This document shows, one piece after another, positions 18,125 to 27,938 of a DNA stretch of 64,000 nt. Every line of letters starts with the position of its first letter. Position 1 is the stretch's first letter. Origin of the DNA: Clostridia bacterium. GTDB lineage: Bacteria > Bacillota > Clostridia > DUPQ01. A program made the translations under genes and the position numbers. The stretch spans positions 5,063 through 69,062 of the forward strand of contig JAFGQE010000003.1 of assembly GCA_016935835.1 (NCBI GenBank). Reading direction: 5' to 3'. The notes under the pieces are model-generated. The model had not been told where the DNA came from, did no database searches, and was given only the letters and a program-made list of their open reading frames with translations.

Positions 18125-18499
18125 TCATGCTTTTTCTTCTTCGGTTTCGGGTTCCGTTGGGGTCATGTAGCACTTGCCGTTGAATATGGAACCCTCGTCG
18201 GTTATGAAGTTTGCCGCGTGGATGTCGCCGTCCACAGTGCAGGATGAAGTAAGCTTTGCGTAATCCCTGACTATGATATTGCCCTTGACTTTGCCAGAGA
18301 CGGCGGTGCTGTGTGCTTCTATGTTTCCCGAAATATAGGCTGCCTTTCCTACAATAACAGACCCGTCGGCGAATATATTTCCCTCGACGACTCCTTCGAT
18401 GCAAAGAGAGCTTTTAGAAAAAATATCACCTGAGAGCGTTGAGTTGGTTCCTATATATGAATCTATTTTCCTTACTTTTCCCGGTAGTCTGCTTGGCAT
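18125..18499 (-). CDS. Bactofilin (DUF583) polymer-forming cytoskeletal protein
   Basis: 124 aa of repetitive beta-helix-type segments (GNIFADGSVIVGKAAYISGNIEA..GKVKGNIIV) typical of bactofilins. Confidence 0.7.
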   Translation of the reverse strand: MPSRLPGKVRKIDSYIGTNSTLSGDIFSKSSLCIEGVVEGNIFADGSVIVGKAAYISGNIEAHSTAVSGKVKGNIIVRDYAKLTSSCTVDGDIHAANFITDEGSIFNGKCYMTPTEPETEEEKA

Positions 18500-18502
18500 G
18501 GT

Positions 18503-19480
18503 TTAATCCTCCCTATTGTTTATGAACGGCATCGGATCTACGGGCACATTGTCAATGCGAATTTCAAAATGAAGATGAGAGCCTGTGCTGAGGCCCGTGC
18601 TGCCGACCCTTGCGATAACCTGGCCTTTTTCAACCGTATCGCCGACCTTGACAAGAAGTTTTGAGGCGTGCGCATACAATGTTGTTACCCCGTCGCCGTG
18701 GTCTATTCTTACACAGTACCCGTAGCCGCTGTTATATCCAGACATTGTTACCGTTCCTGACGCGGAAGCATATATGTCGTCGCCATAGGCGCCGCCTATA
18801 TCCATTCCGGTATGCTCCAGCAGCTGCTTATGTATGGGATGCCACCTGATTCCGAAATCAGAACCCACGTATGTGCTTTCGGTCGGCCATAATGACGGTA
18901 CGTTATCCAAGTAACCCGTCAGGGTCTCGCGTATGGATTTGAACTGAACTATCTGGGATTCCGACAATTCGGCCATCCCGTCGAACTGGTTGAGAACATT
19001 GTTTATATCCTTGATGTTTTCAATGAATTCATCAATTTTATTATAGTCAACGGTTGAGGATGTGGTCCCTGGCAGGTCCATGAAATATTGGGTTGACACA
19101 CTTTCAAGTTTGTTTGCGAGGCTCATCAGCCCCCCGGATATGGAATTCTGCGTGAATTCTATCTGGTTCAGTTCGTCTAGCTTGTCCTCAAGCATTGCAG
19201 CCTGCCTGTCGATATATAGATTGGATGCGGTAATCTGTTCCTGATATTTGCTTATAATATATGCGTTTTTTTCATTCAGGGATTTATTTTCCATGATAAA
19301 GAAAGATAAGGTCAGGGCAAGGCTTGCTATTATCACAGAAAAAATCATGAACATGGAAAGCACCTTTGCCAAAGGTGCTGTCAGTTTAAAGGTTTTTGAC
19401 GGTCTGCCGCTGTGCGGTATATATACCAGTGTAGAGTATTTTTTATCTTTTATGTGGCTGTCGATGCCGTGTCTTTTCAT
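18503..19480 (-). CDS. M23-family (LytM) metalloendopeptidase with an N-terminal TM anchor and coiled-coil region
   Basis: C-terminal M23 signature ...HTGMDIGGAYGDDIYASASGTV...GYCVRIDHGDGVTTLYAHAS...GSTGLSTGSHLHFEIR. GGAG RBS. Confidence 0.9.
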   Translation of the reverse strand: MKRHGIDSHIKDKKYSTLVYIPHSGRPSKTFKLTAPLAKVLSMFMIFSVIIASLALTLSFFIMENKSLNEKNAYIISKYQEQITASNLYIDRQAAMLEDKLDELNQIEFTQNSISGGLMSLANKLESVSTQYFMDLPGTTSSTVDYNKIDEFIENIKDINNVLNQFDGMAELSESQIVQFKSIRETLTGYLDNVPSLWPTESTYVGSDFGIRWHPIHKQLLEHTGMDIGGAYGDDIYASASGTVTMSGYNSGYGYCVRIDHGDGVTTLYAHASKLLVKVGDTVEKGQVIARVGSTGLSTGSHLHFEIRIDNVPVDPMPFINNRED

Positions 19481-19697
19481 ATAAATCTCCTGTCACCCGA
19501 AGGAAAAGGATTCTTTCCTGGCTCCCGAACCAAGCCTCAGGCCTGTGTTCCGAAATCCGCATCTCCCTTGTCTCCCGGCATTCTGCTGTTCTGACTAATA
19601 AAAATAACCGCAGTAATGGTATTTTAATGGATTTTCACTGAAATTACAACCCCGGCCATGTTTTTCCCCCAAAAAAGACCGGTAAATATCTCAAGCT

Positions 19698-20156
19698 TCA
19701 TTTATTCCGGTTGATAAACATAATGATCGGAGCGGCAACCACTGGAATAATCGCTGTTATTATTGTCAGGACAAAGGCATTCTCCGGGTCAAATTCCTCA
19801 TATAGCTTATGGAAAGCGATGACAAGAACCAAAAGTCCTATTGCGGAAAGCACGGCGCCCACAAGCGGAACATAGGCAAGGCCTATGAAAAGGGCAAAGG
19901 CCAGTGGAAGAATGATCTCGGTGTTTGTCAGGCTGAGATTGAAAATCTTCATATCGCCCGTCATCTTTCCAATGCAGTACATGTTAACGACCGGAATCCA
20001 CGCCAGCCATGGATTCGGCATGTTTCTTTTTTTCACCATCATGTACAGGCTGTATGAAAACAGCAGATAGAATATGATGCCGAATATGATGCCGAACACA
20101 ATTCCCAGTGTGGCAAGAATTGCTGTGCCTGTTATATATGTCTGTGTATTCATATC
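19698..20156 (-). CDS. Hypothetical small polytopic membrane protein (3-4 TM)
   Basis: The ORF track 19698..20294 is trimmed to the internal Met MNTQTYITGTA... The protein is highly hydrophobic with no recognised motif. Confidence 0.45.
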   Translation of the reverse strand, partial: DMNTQTYITGTAILATLGIVFGIIFGIIFYLLFSYSLYMMVKKRNMPNPWLAWIPVVNMYCIGKMTGDMKIFNLSLTNTEIILPLAFALFIGLAYVPLVGAVLSAIGLLVLVIAFHKLYEEFDPENAFVLTIITAIIPVVAAPIIMFINRNK

Positions 20157-20327
20157 GGTAAGGTCCTCCGAATCAGTTTCTATGACAATTATAATATAAA
20201 AGGATGCAATTATCAATTCAATGATATATCCGTATCGATGGCATTGTTTAAAAGAACCTTGTGGGGCGAAGCCTGTTGCGCATACTTTTTGCATGCGTTT
20301 TATGTTAAAATCTATTGCGTGGAAAGA

Positions 20328-22685
20328 ATGAAAATCTGCGCTGTTTTGCTTGAGGATGCCAACAGGTCGTATGACAGGATTTATAATTACAATGTTCCGG
20401 GCATGTTTGCGAACAAGCTCGCTACGGGCATGCGTGTCAGTGTTCCTTTTGGAAGGGGAAAATCGCTCAGAACCGCATGGTTTCTTGCGTTTGTCAATAA
20501 ATCAAGGTATAAGAACCTCAAGGAAATCAGCGGAATCATAGATGATGTCCCGTTGCTCGGCAAGAATATGTTCCGGTTGGCGAAATTAATGCGCGACAGG
20601 TATTTCTGCAGTTATGGCGCAGCGGTTTCCGCGATGATCCCATCGGGCCTGAAAATCAGGAAGGATCGGTTTGTCAGGCTTAAGACCGGTGTTGAATACA
20701 CATTCGGGCAATTCATGGAAGAGATCGAATGGGACAGGGAAAAGCTTTCGAATATGATAAAAAGCGGGGAAGCGGATATAATTGAAACCCAGACCCGGGC
20801 TGCATCGGCAAAAACACAGCAAGCCGTCCGGCTGGCAATAACCGGGGAATTGGCGGCTGAGATGCTTGAAAACGGAGGATACTCAAATATCAAGCACCGC
20901 AGGGCGGTGGAATTGCTGCTGGAGTTTGGATCCGTGACTGTCAGTGATTTTGAAAATTACGAATCCATTTCGAGGGGAATAATAAAGACGCTTCAGAAAA
21001 AAGGGCTGGTCGAGATTTTTGAAAAGGAAGTCCAGAGGTTCAATGTCGAAAAAGGAGATATTGGAAACGGGGAGGGATTTGAGCTGAACAGCCAGCAGTC
21101 CAGGGCCTGCGGCATAATAAAGAGGGCCATGGAATCCGGCGAATATGATTCTTTTCTGTTGCACGGAATAACCGGCAGCGGAAAGACCGAGGTGTACCTG
21201 GAACTGGCTGAGAAAGCAATTTCGATGGAGAGACAGGTAATTGTGCTGGTGCCGGAAATATCATTGACACCGATGATGGTCCGGCGCTTTGCAGCCAGAT
21301 TCCCCGGACAGCTGGCCGTGCTGCACAGCAGGCTTTCAATGGGGGAACGCTATGACCAGTGGATGATGGTCCGCGACGGGAAGGCAAGGATAGCCCTGGG
21401 GGCAAGGTCTTGTATCTTTGCCCCGTTCGACAACCTGGGGCTTGTAATAATGGACGAGGAGCATGAGCCTTCATATATCAGTGAAACCACCCCCAGATAT
21501 AGTGCGGCTGAGGTGGCCGCCATGAGGTGCAGGCTTGAAAAAGCCGTCATGGTTGCCGGATCGGCGACCCCGGCTGTCTCCGATTACCGTGCATTTGAGG
21601 CCAGGAGCAGGGTTATAGAACTGACGGAACGCGCGGGTGCCGGGGAATTGCCGGATATCAGGGTCATTGATATGAAACAGGAATTGATGGCCGGCAATTA
21701 TGGGATATTAAGCCGGGAGCTCAAGGAGGAAATCGAAAGAAACATCACCGCAGGGGAGCAAACCATGCTTTTCCTCAACCGCAGGGGATATGCGTCATAT
21801 ATGATATGCAAGGACTGCGGGACTATCAATCTTTGTTCAAACTGCGATATCTCAATGACATACCATAAGGATATAAATGCGCTTGTATGCCATTATTGCG
21901 GTCATATGGAGCCTGTTCCCGTCAAATGCCATGCATGCGGCTCGCCGGCGATTCAAAAACACGGGGTGGGGACACAAAAGGTAGAGGAGGAAATAAAAAC
22001 CTCGTTTCCTTTGGCGACTATGTTGAGGATGGATTCGGATACAACCGGATTAAAAAATTCACATATGGCGATACTTGACCGCTTTGTCAGCGAAAAGACA
22101 AACATTCTGATCGGCACCCAGATGATTGCCAAGGGACACGATTTTCCGGAAATAACCCTTGTGGGAATAATCTCCGCCGACACTCTTTCACCCGGGTATG
22201 ATTTTAATTCACAGGAAAGAATATTTCAGTTGATAACCCAGGCCGCCGGACGCGCCGGCAGGGGATCAAAAAGGGGAAGGGCAGTAATACAGGCATACAA
22301 TATGGAAGCATATGCGCTCAGGTTCGGGATAAGCCAGGACTATGCGGGTTTCTACTCAAGGGAAATGGAACTGAGGAGGATGCTTGCGTACCCCCCGTTT
22401 GGAAGCATAGCCAGGATTGTCTTCTCATCCGCAAGCGATCCGGAAGCCCGAAAGTGGGCGAATGCCTCCGCCCGCATGATGCAAACTGACGGCGTTGAGG
22501 TCTCAAAGGTTGAATATGCCCCTGTGGCAAGGATAAATAAAAAGTTCAGGTACAGGGTTGTGGCAAAAGGAACCGACGATAATCTTCTCAGGGAAACCGT
22601 CAAGGGCATGTATCTTAAGATTTCATCGGAAAAACCGGCCGAAACAAGCATGTCGATAGAAATCCAGGGGGATGGGATGTTCTGA
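20328..22685 (+). CDS. priA: Primosomal protein N' (replication restart helicase PriA)
   Basis: Walker A GITGSGKTEVYLE, DEEH box, four CxxC zinc-finger pairs (CKDCG..CSNCD..CHYCG..CHACG). Start chosen to match the PriA N-terminus. Confidence 0.9.
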   Translation: MKICAVLLEDANRSYDRIYNYNVPGMFANKLATGMRVSVPFGRGKSLRTAWFLAFVNKSRYKNLKEISGIIDDVPLLGKNMFRLAKLMRDRYFCSYGAAVSAMIPSGLKIRKDRFVRLKTGVEYTFGQFMEEIEWDREKLSNMIKSGEADIIETQTRAASAKTQQAVRLAITGELAAEMLENGGYSNIKHRRAVELLLEFGSVTVSDFENYESISRGIIKTLQKKGLVEIFEKEVQRFNVEKGDIGNGEGFELNSQQSRACGIIKRAMESGEYDSFLLHGITGSGKTEVYLELAEKAISMERQVIVLVPEISLTPMMVRRFAARFPGQLAVLHSRLSMGERYDQWMMVRDGKARIALGARSCIFAPFDNLGLVIMDEEHEPSYISETTPRYSAAEVAAMRCRLEKAVMVAGSATPAVSDYRAFEARSRVIELTERAGAGELPDIRVIDMKQELMAGNYGILSRELKEEIERNITAGEQTMLFLNRRGYASYMICKDCGTINLCSNCDISMTYHKDINALVCHYCGHMEPVPVKCHACGSPAIQKHGVGTQKVEEEIKTSFPLATMLRMDSDTTGLKNSHMAILDRFVSEKTNILIGTQMIAKGHDFPEITLVGIISADTLSPGYDFNSQERIFQLITQAAGRAGRGSKRGRAVIQAYNMEAYALRFGISQDYAGFYSREMELRRMLAYPPFGSIARIVFSSASDPEARKWANASARMMQTDGVEVSKVEYAPVARINKKFRYRVVAKGTDDNLLRETVKGMYLKISSEKPAETSMSIEIQGDGMF

Positions 22686-22733
22686 TAAAATAAGGCGGCT
22701 TCAGTGCGGGCAAAGTCCGGGAACCGCCGGTCA

Positions 22734-22763
22734 TTGATAAAAATCCGAAGCATGGTATATAAT
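22734..22763 (+). promoter_or_regulatory. Sigma-A promoter of the def-fmt operon: TTGATA-18nt-TATAAT
   Basis: Read directly upstream of def. Confidence 0.5.
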
Positions 22764-22797
22764 GAAACATAGTGAAAGACTAAGGTGAGGACAAGGC

Positions 22798-23292
22798 ATG
22801 GCTTTAAGAAATATAAGGATAGATGAAGACCCTGTATTAAGAAAGAAAGCAAGGACAGTTGAAAAATTCGACCCGGCGCTACACAGGCTGCTCGAAGACA
22901 TGGCGGACACAATGTACGACGCACCGGGCATAGGGCTTGCCGCCCCGCAGGTCGGCGTATTGAAAAGAGCAATAGTTTTCGACACCGGCGACGGGCTTAT
23001 GGAAATGATTAATCCTGAGATCACTGATTCAGAAGGCGAGCAAATAGAAATCGAGGGGTGTCTTAGCGTGCCGGGAATTTATGGGAAGGTAAGCAGACCC
23101 GCCTCGATCAAAGTGAATTATCAGGACAGGAAAGGCATCAGGCATACTATGGATGCCAACGAACTTCAGGCGGTCGTGATATGTCATGAGACGGACCATC
23201 TCTTTGGGAAACTGTTCACCGATATCGCAACTGAATACATAACGGCCGAGGAACTGGAGGAATCCGGTAACATGCATGAAGAAACTTTATAA
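22798..23292 (+). CDS. def: Peptide deformylase
   Basis: Motifs GIGLAAPQ, EGCLSVPG, HETDHLFG. Confidence 0.93.
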   Translation: MALRNIRIDEDPVLRKKARTVEKFDPALHRLLEDMADTMYDAPGIGLAAPQVGVLKRAIVFDTGDGLMEMINPEITDSEGEQIEIEGCLSVPGIYGKVSRPASIKVNYQDRKGIRHTMDANELQAVVICHETDHLFGKLFTDIATEYITAEELEESGNMHEETL

Positions 23293-24223
23293 AATAGTAT
23301 TTATGGGCACTCCGGATTTTGCCGTGCCCAGCCTTGAGAGACTTATTTCGGAGGGACATGAAGTTTGTGCGGTTGTGACGCAGCCGGACAAGAAAAGAGG
23401 CCGCGGTGGAGCAGTGTCATTTTCACCCGTTAAGAGTACGGCCGTATCAAAGGGGATTAAAGTTCTGCAGCCTTTGAAAGCAAGGGATGCGGCCTTCATA
23501 TCGGAACTGTCCGGACTGCAGGCGGATTTTTTCGTTACCTGCGCATATGGCCTTATACTTCCCAAGGCTGTTTTGGATATTCCTCCGTTGGGATGTATAA
23601 ATGTGCATGCTTCGCTTCTGCCGGAATACAGGGGCGCGGCCCCCATACAAAGGGCGGTTATAAACGGTGAATCCTACACAGGGGTTACGACGATGATGAC
23701 CGATGCCGGCATGGATACCGGGGACATTCTTCTTTCTAAAAAAATAGAAATTCCGGAAGACATGACATCCGGGGAACTCCACGACAAACTGAAAATCATC
23801 GGAGCCGATTTACTTATGGATACCATTGAAAGATTATCGCAGGACTCTTTGGCAAGGGTGCCCCAGGACGATTCCAAGGCTTCCTATGCACCGATGCTCA
23901 GGAAGGAAGAAGGGATAATAGACTGGAAAAGCGACAGCCGTTCAATACATAACAAGATCAGGGCCCTTGACCCGTGGCCGGGCTGCTTCACGACCTATAA
24001 AAGAAAAAGAATGAGGATTTTCTCATCCAGATATGTAAATGGGAATGCATGCGGTATTCCCGGTGAAATAACAGCAGTATCCAAGGATAAGGTGGTTGTC
24101 TGCTGCGGCAGGGGCAGCCTTTGCATCCTCGGGGTTCAGTTCGAAAACGGCAGAAGGGTTCATGTTGCCGAGTGCTGGCACAATTTCAAGACGAATGAAG
24201 TCCTTGGAAGGGAGGAATGGTAA
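23276..24223 (+). CDS. fmt: Methionyl-tRNA formyltransferase
   Basis: N-terminal FMGTPDFAVPSL, formyltransferase core, C-terminal domain. Overlaps the def stop. Confidence 0.93.
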   Translation: MKKLYKIVFMGTPDFAVPSLERLISEGHEVCAVVTQPDKKRGRGGAVSFSPVKSTAVSKGIKVLQPLKARDAAFISELSGLQADFFVTCAYGLILPKAVLDIPPLGCINVHASLLPEYRGAAPIQRAVINGESYTGVTTMMTDAGMDTGDILLSKKIEIPEDMTSGELHDKLKIIGADLLMDTIERLSQDSLARVPQDDSKASYAPMLRKEEGIIDWKSDSRSIHNKIRALDPWPGCFTTYKRKRMRIFSSRYVNGNACGIPGEITAVSKDKVVVCCGRGSLCILGVQFENGRRVHVAECWHNFKTNEVLGREEW

Positions 24224-24894
24224 TGTATTATTATTTCTGGCTTATGATACCGGCCCTTTTGCTGAGCCTTTATGCCCAGGCGAAGGTCGGGTCGACTTTC
24301 AGGAAATATTCAAAGGTAAGGACGGAGAGCGGAATCACGGGCGCCATGACTGCGAGAAGGATGCTTGACGAAGGGGGGCTCAATGATGTTGACGTGGTCA
24401 GGATAAGCGGGAATCTCACGGACAACTTCGATCCCAAAAAAGGCATTATTAGCCTTTCGGATTCCGTGCACTCATCTTCCTCGGTTTCCGCGGTGGGTGT
24501 CGCCGCCCATGAAACCGGACATGCATTGCAGCACAGGGACGAATATGGTCCGATGAAACTAAGGTCTTTTCTGGTTCCTGTCGCGAACATCGGGTCGGTC
24601 GCAGGGCCATATATCGCTATTGCAGGACTGATATTCAGCATTGATATACTGCTGGAGCTGGGGATTGTTCTTTTTTCCGCGGCGGTGCTTTTTTATCTTG
24701 TTACCCTTCCTGTTGAAATGAATGCAAGCAGAAGGGCCATGGAGCTTCTTGAAACCGGCGGGATACTTAACAACAATGAGCTGTCATCGGCAAAAAAAGT
24801 TCTCAATGCCGCTGCACTGACATATATAGCGGCGGCTCTATCGGCGATAATGACGCTGGTCCGCCTGATTTTGATTTCAAGGAACAGGCGATGA
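24217..24894 (+). CDS. Putative neutral zinc metallopeptidase (Zn_peptidase_2 / PF04298-type membrane protein)
   Basis: HETGHALQH motif, N-terminal and C-terminal TM helices, ~225 aa. Confidence 0.7.
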   Translation: MVMYYYFWLMIPALLLSLYAQAKVGSTFRKYSKVRTESGITGAMTARRMLDEGGLNDVDVVRISGNLTDNFDPKKGIISLSDSVHSSSSVSAVGVAAHETGHALQHRDEYGPMKLRSFLVPVANIGSVAGPYIAIAGLIFSIDILLELGIVLFSAAVLFYLVTLPVEMNASRRAMELLETGGILNNNELSSAKKVLNAAALTYIAAALSAIMTLVRLILISRNRR

Positions 24895-26171
24895 ACGCAA
24901 GGGAAGCTGCATTCAGGGCCGTTCACGAGGTGCTTTACAACAAAGGCTACTCGAATATAGTTCTTGATGAAATAAGAAGAAGGCATGGGTTTGGCGGGAC
25001 AGATGCGGCTTTTATAACCAACATAGTCATGGGAACACTCAGGAACAGCTTGCTTTTGGATCATGCGATATCCCTCTTCTCCAATATAAAATTGAATAAA
25101 ATATCCCCGTCGGTGGCCGTGGTGCTGAAAACAGGGGCTTATCAGATTCTTTTCATGGACAGGGTGCCGGACAGCGCAGCATGCAATGAGTCGGTGATCC
25201 TTGCCGGCAAACTAGCGGGAAGCAGATCAAAGAATTTTGTAAATGCGGTGCTTAGGAATTTGTCGCGCGGCAAGGGTGCGGTGCTTTCATCAGTAGAAAA
25301 TCTGAGCGGCGATGAGTATCTCTCGGTGAAGTACTCATGCAGCATGGAGGCGGCGGCCAGGCTTTTGAAACAATTCGGCGCTGATGGCGCGGAGCGGATA
25401 CTTGAGGCCATGAACCAGCCGGCAAGGACATGCATAAGGTTCAATAAATGCGGTGAAGGCGATGAGAGCGAGGTCCTGCCTGACGAAATGAAAATCGACT
25501 GCACCAAGGGAAAACTTGCCCGGGGAGCATATTATCTTGACAGAGGCGGAGCGGTTTCCGAAATGGAATTATTTGGGGACGGGCATATGGCGGTGCAGGA
25601 TGAAGGCGCGCAGCTCATGGGGGAATTCCTGAACCCTTGTCCGGGGGAGGACATACTTGACGCTTGCGCGGCGCCTGGTGGTAAAACAGCCCATTTGTCA
25701 TGTCTGATGAAAGGTCTGGGAACGATTACGGCATGTGATATCCATGCGCATCGCGTTGAATACATGAGGCAATCGCTTTCACGCATGAACATAAATAATG
25801 TGAGATGCATGCAAATGGACATGTCAGTGGTAAATCCTAAATTCCGCGGCATGTTTGACCGCGTTCTGGTGGATGCTCCATGCAGCGGGATCGGCATGGC
25901 GCAGCGAAGGCCTGAGATAAAGTTGCATTACAGTGAGGACGCGACGCTTTATGAGTTGCAGAGAAAAATTCTGGCGTCGTGCGCCGGTTATGTGAAACCC
26001 GGTGGAACGATTGTTTATGGAACATGCACTCTTTTCAAAGAAGAGAACAGGGAAGCGGTTGATTCCCTTCTTGAGTCAAGCGCCGGATATGTTCTGGAAG
26101 AGGATAAGCTCATTCTGCCGGATGGGATGGCGGGAGGATTTTATATGGCAAGGATTAAGAGGCGCAAATGA
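24891..26171 (+). CDS. rsmB: 16S rRNA (cytosine967-C5)-methyltransferase RsmB/Sun (NusB-like N-terminal domain + SAM methyltransferase)
   Basis: SAM-binding region DACAAPGGKT. Catalytic Cys motifs. Conserved position in the def-fmt-rsmB-rlmN block. Confidence 0.88.
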   Translation: MNAREAAFRAVHEVLYNKGYSNIVLDEIRRRHGFGGTDAAFITNIVMGTLRNSLLLDHAISLFSNIKLNKISPSVAVVLKTGAYQILFMDRVPDSAACNESVILAGKLAGSRSKNFVNAVLRNLSRGKGAVLSSVENLSGDEYLSVKYSCSMEAAARLLKQFGADGAERILEAMNQPARTCIRFNKCGEGDESEVLPDEMKIDCTKGKLARGAYYLDRGGAVSEMELFGDGHMAVQDEGAQLMGEFLNPCPGEDILDACAAPGGKTAHLSCLMKGLGTITACDIHAHRVEYMRQSLSRMNINNVRCMQMDMSVVNPKFRGMFDRVLVDAPCSGIGMAQRRPEIKLHYSEDATLYELQRKILASCAGYVKPGGTIVYGTCTLFKEENREAVDSLLESSAGYVLEEDKLILPDGMAGGFYMARIKRRK

Positions 26172-27208
26172 TCAATATATTCGACCTGACACCGGATGAA
26201 GCGGCCGGCGAAATCAAAGGAATGGGTCTTCAGGCATATAAGGCAGGGCAGGTTTTCGAATGGCTTTATAAAAAGCGAGTCCTGGATTTTTCAAGGATGA
26301 CCAATATATCGAAATCAGATGCCAGGAAACTGGGGTCTGTTTTTAAAACCGATATTCCCTCGGTAGAAAGAACGCTTGAATCAACTGACGGAACAATCAA
26401 ATACCTGTTTGGGCTGTCTGACGGAAATATGATTGAAAGCGTACTGATGAAATATTCCTACGGATATTCATTGTGCATTTCAAGCCAGGCGGGATGCAGG
26501 ATGAACTGCAGTTTCTGTGCGTCGGGCAAGGATGGATTGGAAAGAAATCTGACTGCGGGAGAAATGACGGGACAGATAATGGCTTCGGAAATCAGTTCAG
26601 GAACTCATATATCGAGGATAGTGGTGATGGGAACGGGAGAACCTTTTGACAACTATGACAACCTCCTGCGTTTTCTGGATATTGCGGCCAATCCAAAGGG
26701 ACTTGGGATCGGCCAGCGAAGGATAACTGTCTCAACCTGCGGCCTGGTTCCGGGAATCATCAGGTTCGCGGATTATGGAAGCCAGGTGAACCTCGCCATA
26801 TCCCTTCACGAAACAGACAATGAATCAAGGAGCAGGATAATGCCGGTCAACAAAAAATACCCGATTGAGGAAGTTCTTAAGGCCTGCAGATACTATGTGG
26901 AAAAAACAAACAGGCGGATATCATTTGAATATGCCCTTATTCCCGGAGTCAATGATTCGCCGGCAAAGGCGCTTGAGCTTGCGCACTTGTTGAAAGGCAT
27001 GCTTTGCTATGTTAATATTATACCGGTCAACCTGATAAAAGGCGTTGAATACAAGGGCAATCCAGGAAAGAACGCAGCGGTTTTTTATGATATACTTGGA
27101 AAACATGGTATTCATGTTACCGTCAGAAGAGAGCTGGGCGGGGATATAGAAGCTGCCTGCGGCCAGCTGAGGAGGAGCCATGCGGATGAAATATGGCGTC
27201 GGGACTGA
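26168..27208 (+). CDS. rlmN: 23S rRNA/tRNA (adenine-C2)-methyltransferase RlmN (radical SAM)
   Basis: CxxxCxxC (CSFCASG) radical-SAM motif and conserved RlmN C-terminal Cys. Confidence 0.92.
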   Translation: MINIFDLTPDEAAGEIKGMGLQAYKAGQVFEWLYKKRVLDFSRMTNISKSDARKLGSVFKTDIPSVERTLESTDGTIKYLFGLSDGNMIESVLMKYSYGYSLCISSQAGCRMNCSFCASGKDGLERNLTAGEMTGQIMASEISSGTHISRIVVMGTGEPFDNYDNLLRFLDIAANPKGLGIGQRRITVSTCGLVPGIIRFADYGSQVNLAISLHETDNESRSRIMPVNKKYPIEEVLKACRYYVEKTNRRISFEYALIPGVNDSPAKALELAHLLKGMLCYVNIIPVNLIKGVEYKGNPGKNAAVFYDILGKHGIHVTVRRELGGDIEAACGQLRRSHADEIWRRD

Positions 27209-27926
27209 TAAGGGCATGGTAAGGGACAGAAACGAGGATTGCCATGCAGTCATTGATTGCAAGGACAAAGGCTATATGGTTTTTGCCGTGGCCGATGGCA
27301 TGGGCGGAATGGACTTTGGCGACGTTGCCAGTAAAATGGCGATCGAGGTTCTGGAGAAAACTTTCGGCGGGTGCCCGGATACAGGCGGATTGGATCCCGG
27401 CATGAATAAAATACTCGTAGACATGTTCAACGGGATCAATCTTGAGATAATCAACAAGTGCGTAGAGATAAAATCCGTATCAGGGATGGGAACGACGCTT
27501 TCACTGTGTGTTTTGTCAGATGGAAAGGCATATGTGGGGCATATCGGCGATTCAAGGGTTTATTCGGCGGGGAATGACCGGATCGTACAGCAGACAAAGG
27601 ACCACTCCTATGTGGAGGAGCTTATTGATTGCGGAAGGATTACAAGGGAACAGGCCAGATACCACCCGAACCGCAATATTATAACCAGGGCGCTTGGACT
27701 TGACAGGGACATCGATGTGGACTTTTTTGAATTTGATGCAGCGGCGGGGGACATTATAATGCTGTGCACGGACGGGCTGACCAACGCCGTCGAGGACTGC
27801 GAGATACTTGAAATATTAATGAATTCGGCGGATCCCGGCCAAGCGGTGCAAAAGCTGATTGACAAGGCAAATGAACGGGGCGGCAGGGATAATATAACCG
27901 TGCAGCTTATTTATATGGAAGAATAA
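27180..27926 (+). CDS. prpC: PP2C-family Ser/Thr protein phosphatase (Stp/PrpC)
   Basis: Motifs RDRNEDC, AVADGMGG, GTT..., DGLTN, and a C-terminal GGRDNITV. Confidence 0.9.
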   Translation: MRMKYGVGTDKGMVRDRNEDCHAVIDCKDKGYMVFAVADGMGGMDFGDVASKMAIEVLEKTFGGCPDTGGLDPGMNKILVDMFNGINLEIINKCVEIKSVSGMGTTLSLCVLSDGKAYVGHIGDSRVYSAGNDRIVQQTKDHSYVEELIDCGRITREQARYHPNRNIITRALGLDRDIDVDFFEFDAAAGDIIMLCTDGLTNAVEDCEILEILMNSADPGQAVQKLIDKANERGGRDNITVQLIYMEE

Positions 27927-27938
27927 CCGGAGGAACAT

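Noticed and set aside
22352-22972. 206-aa minus-strand ORF spanning the priA 3' end and the def promoter
   Set aside because: It overlaps a well-supported PriA C-terminus and a consensus promoter. No homology-like motifs.
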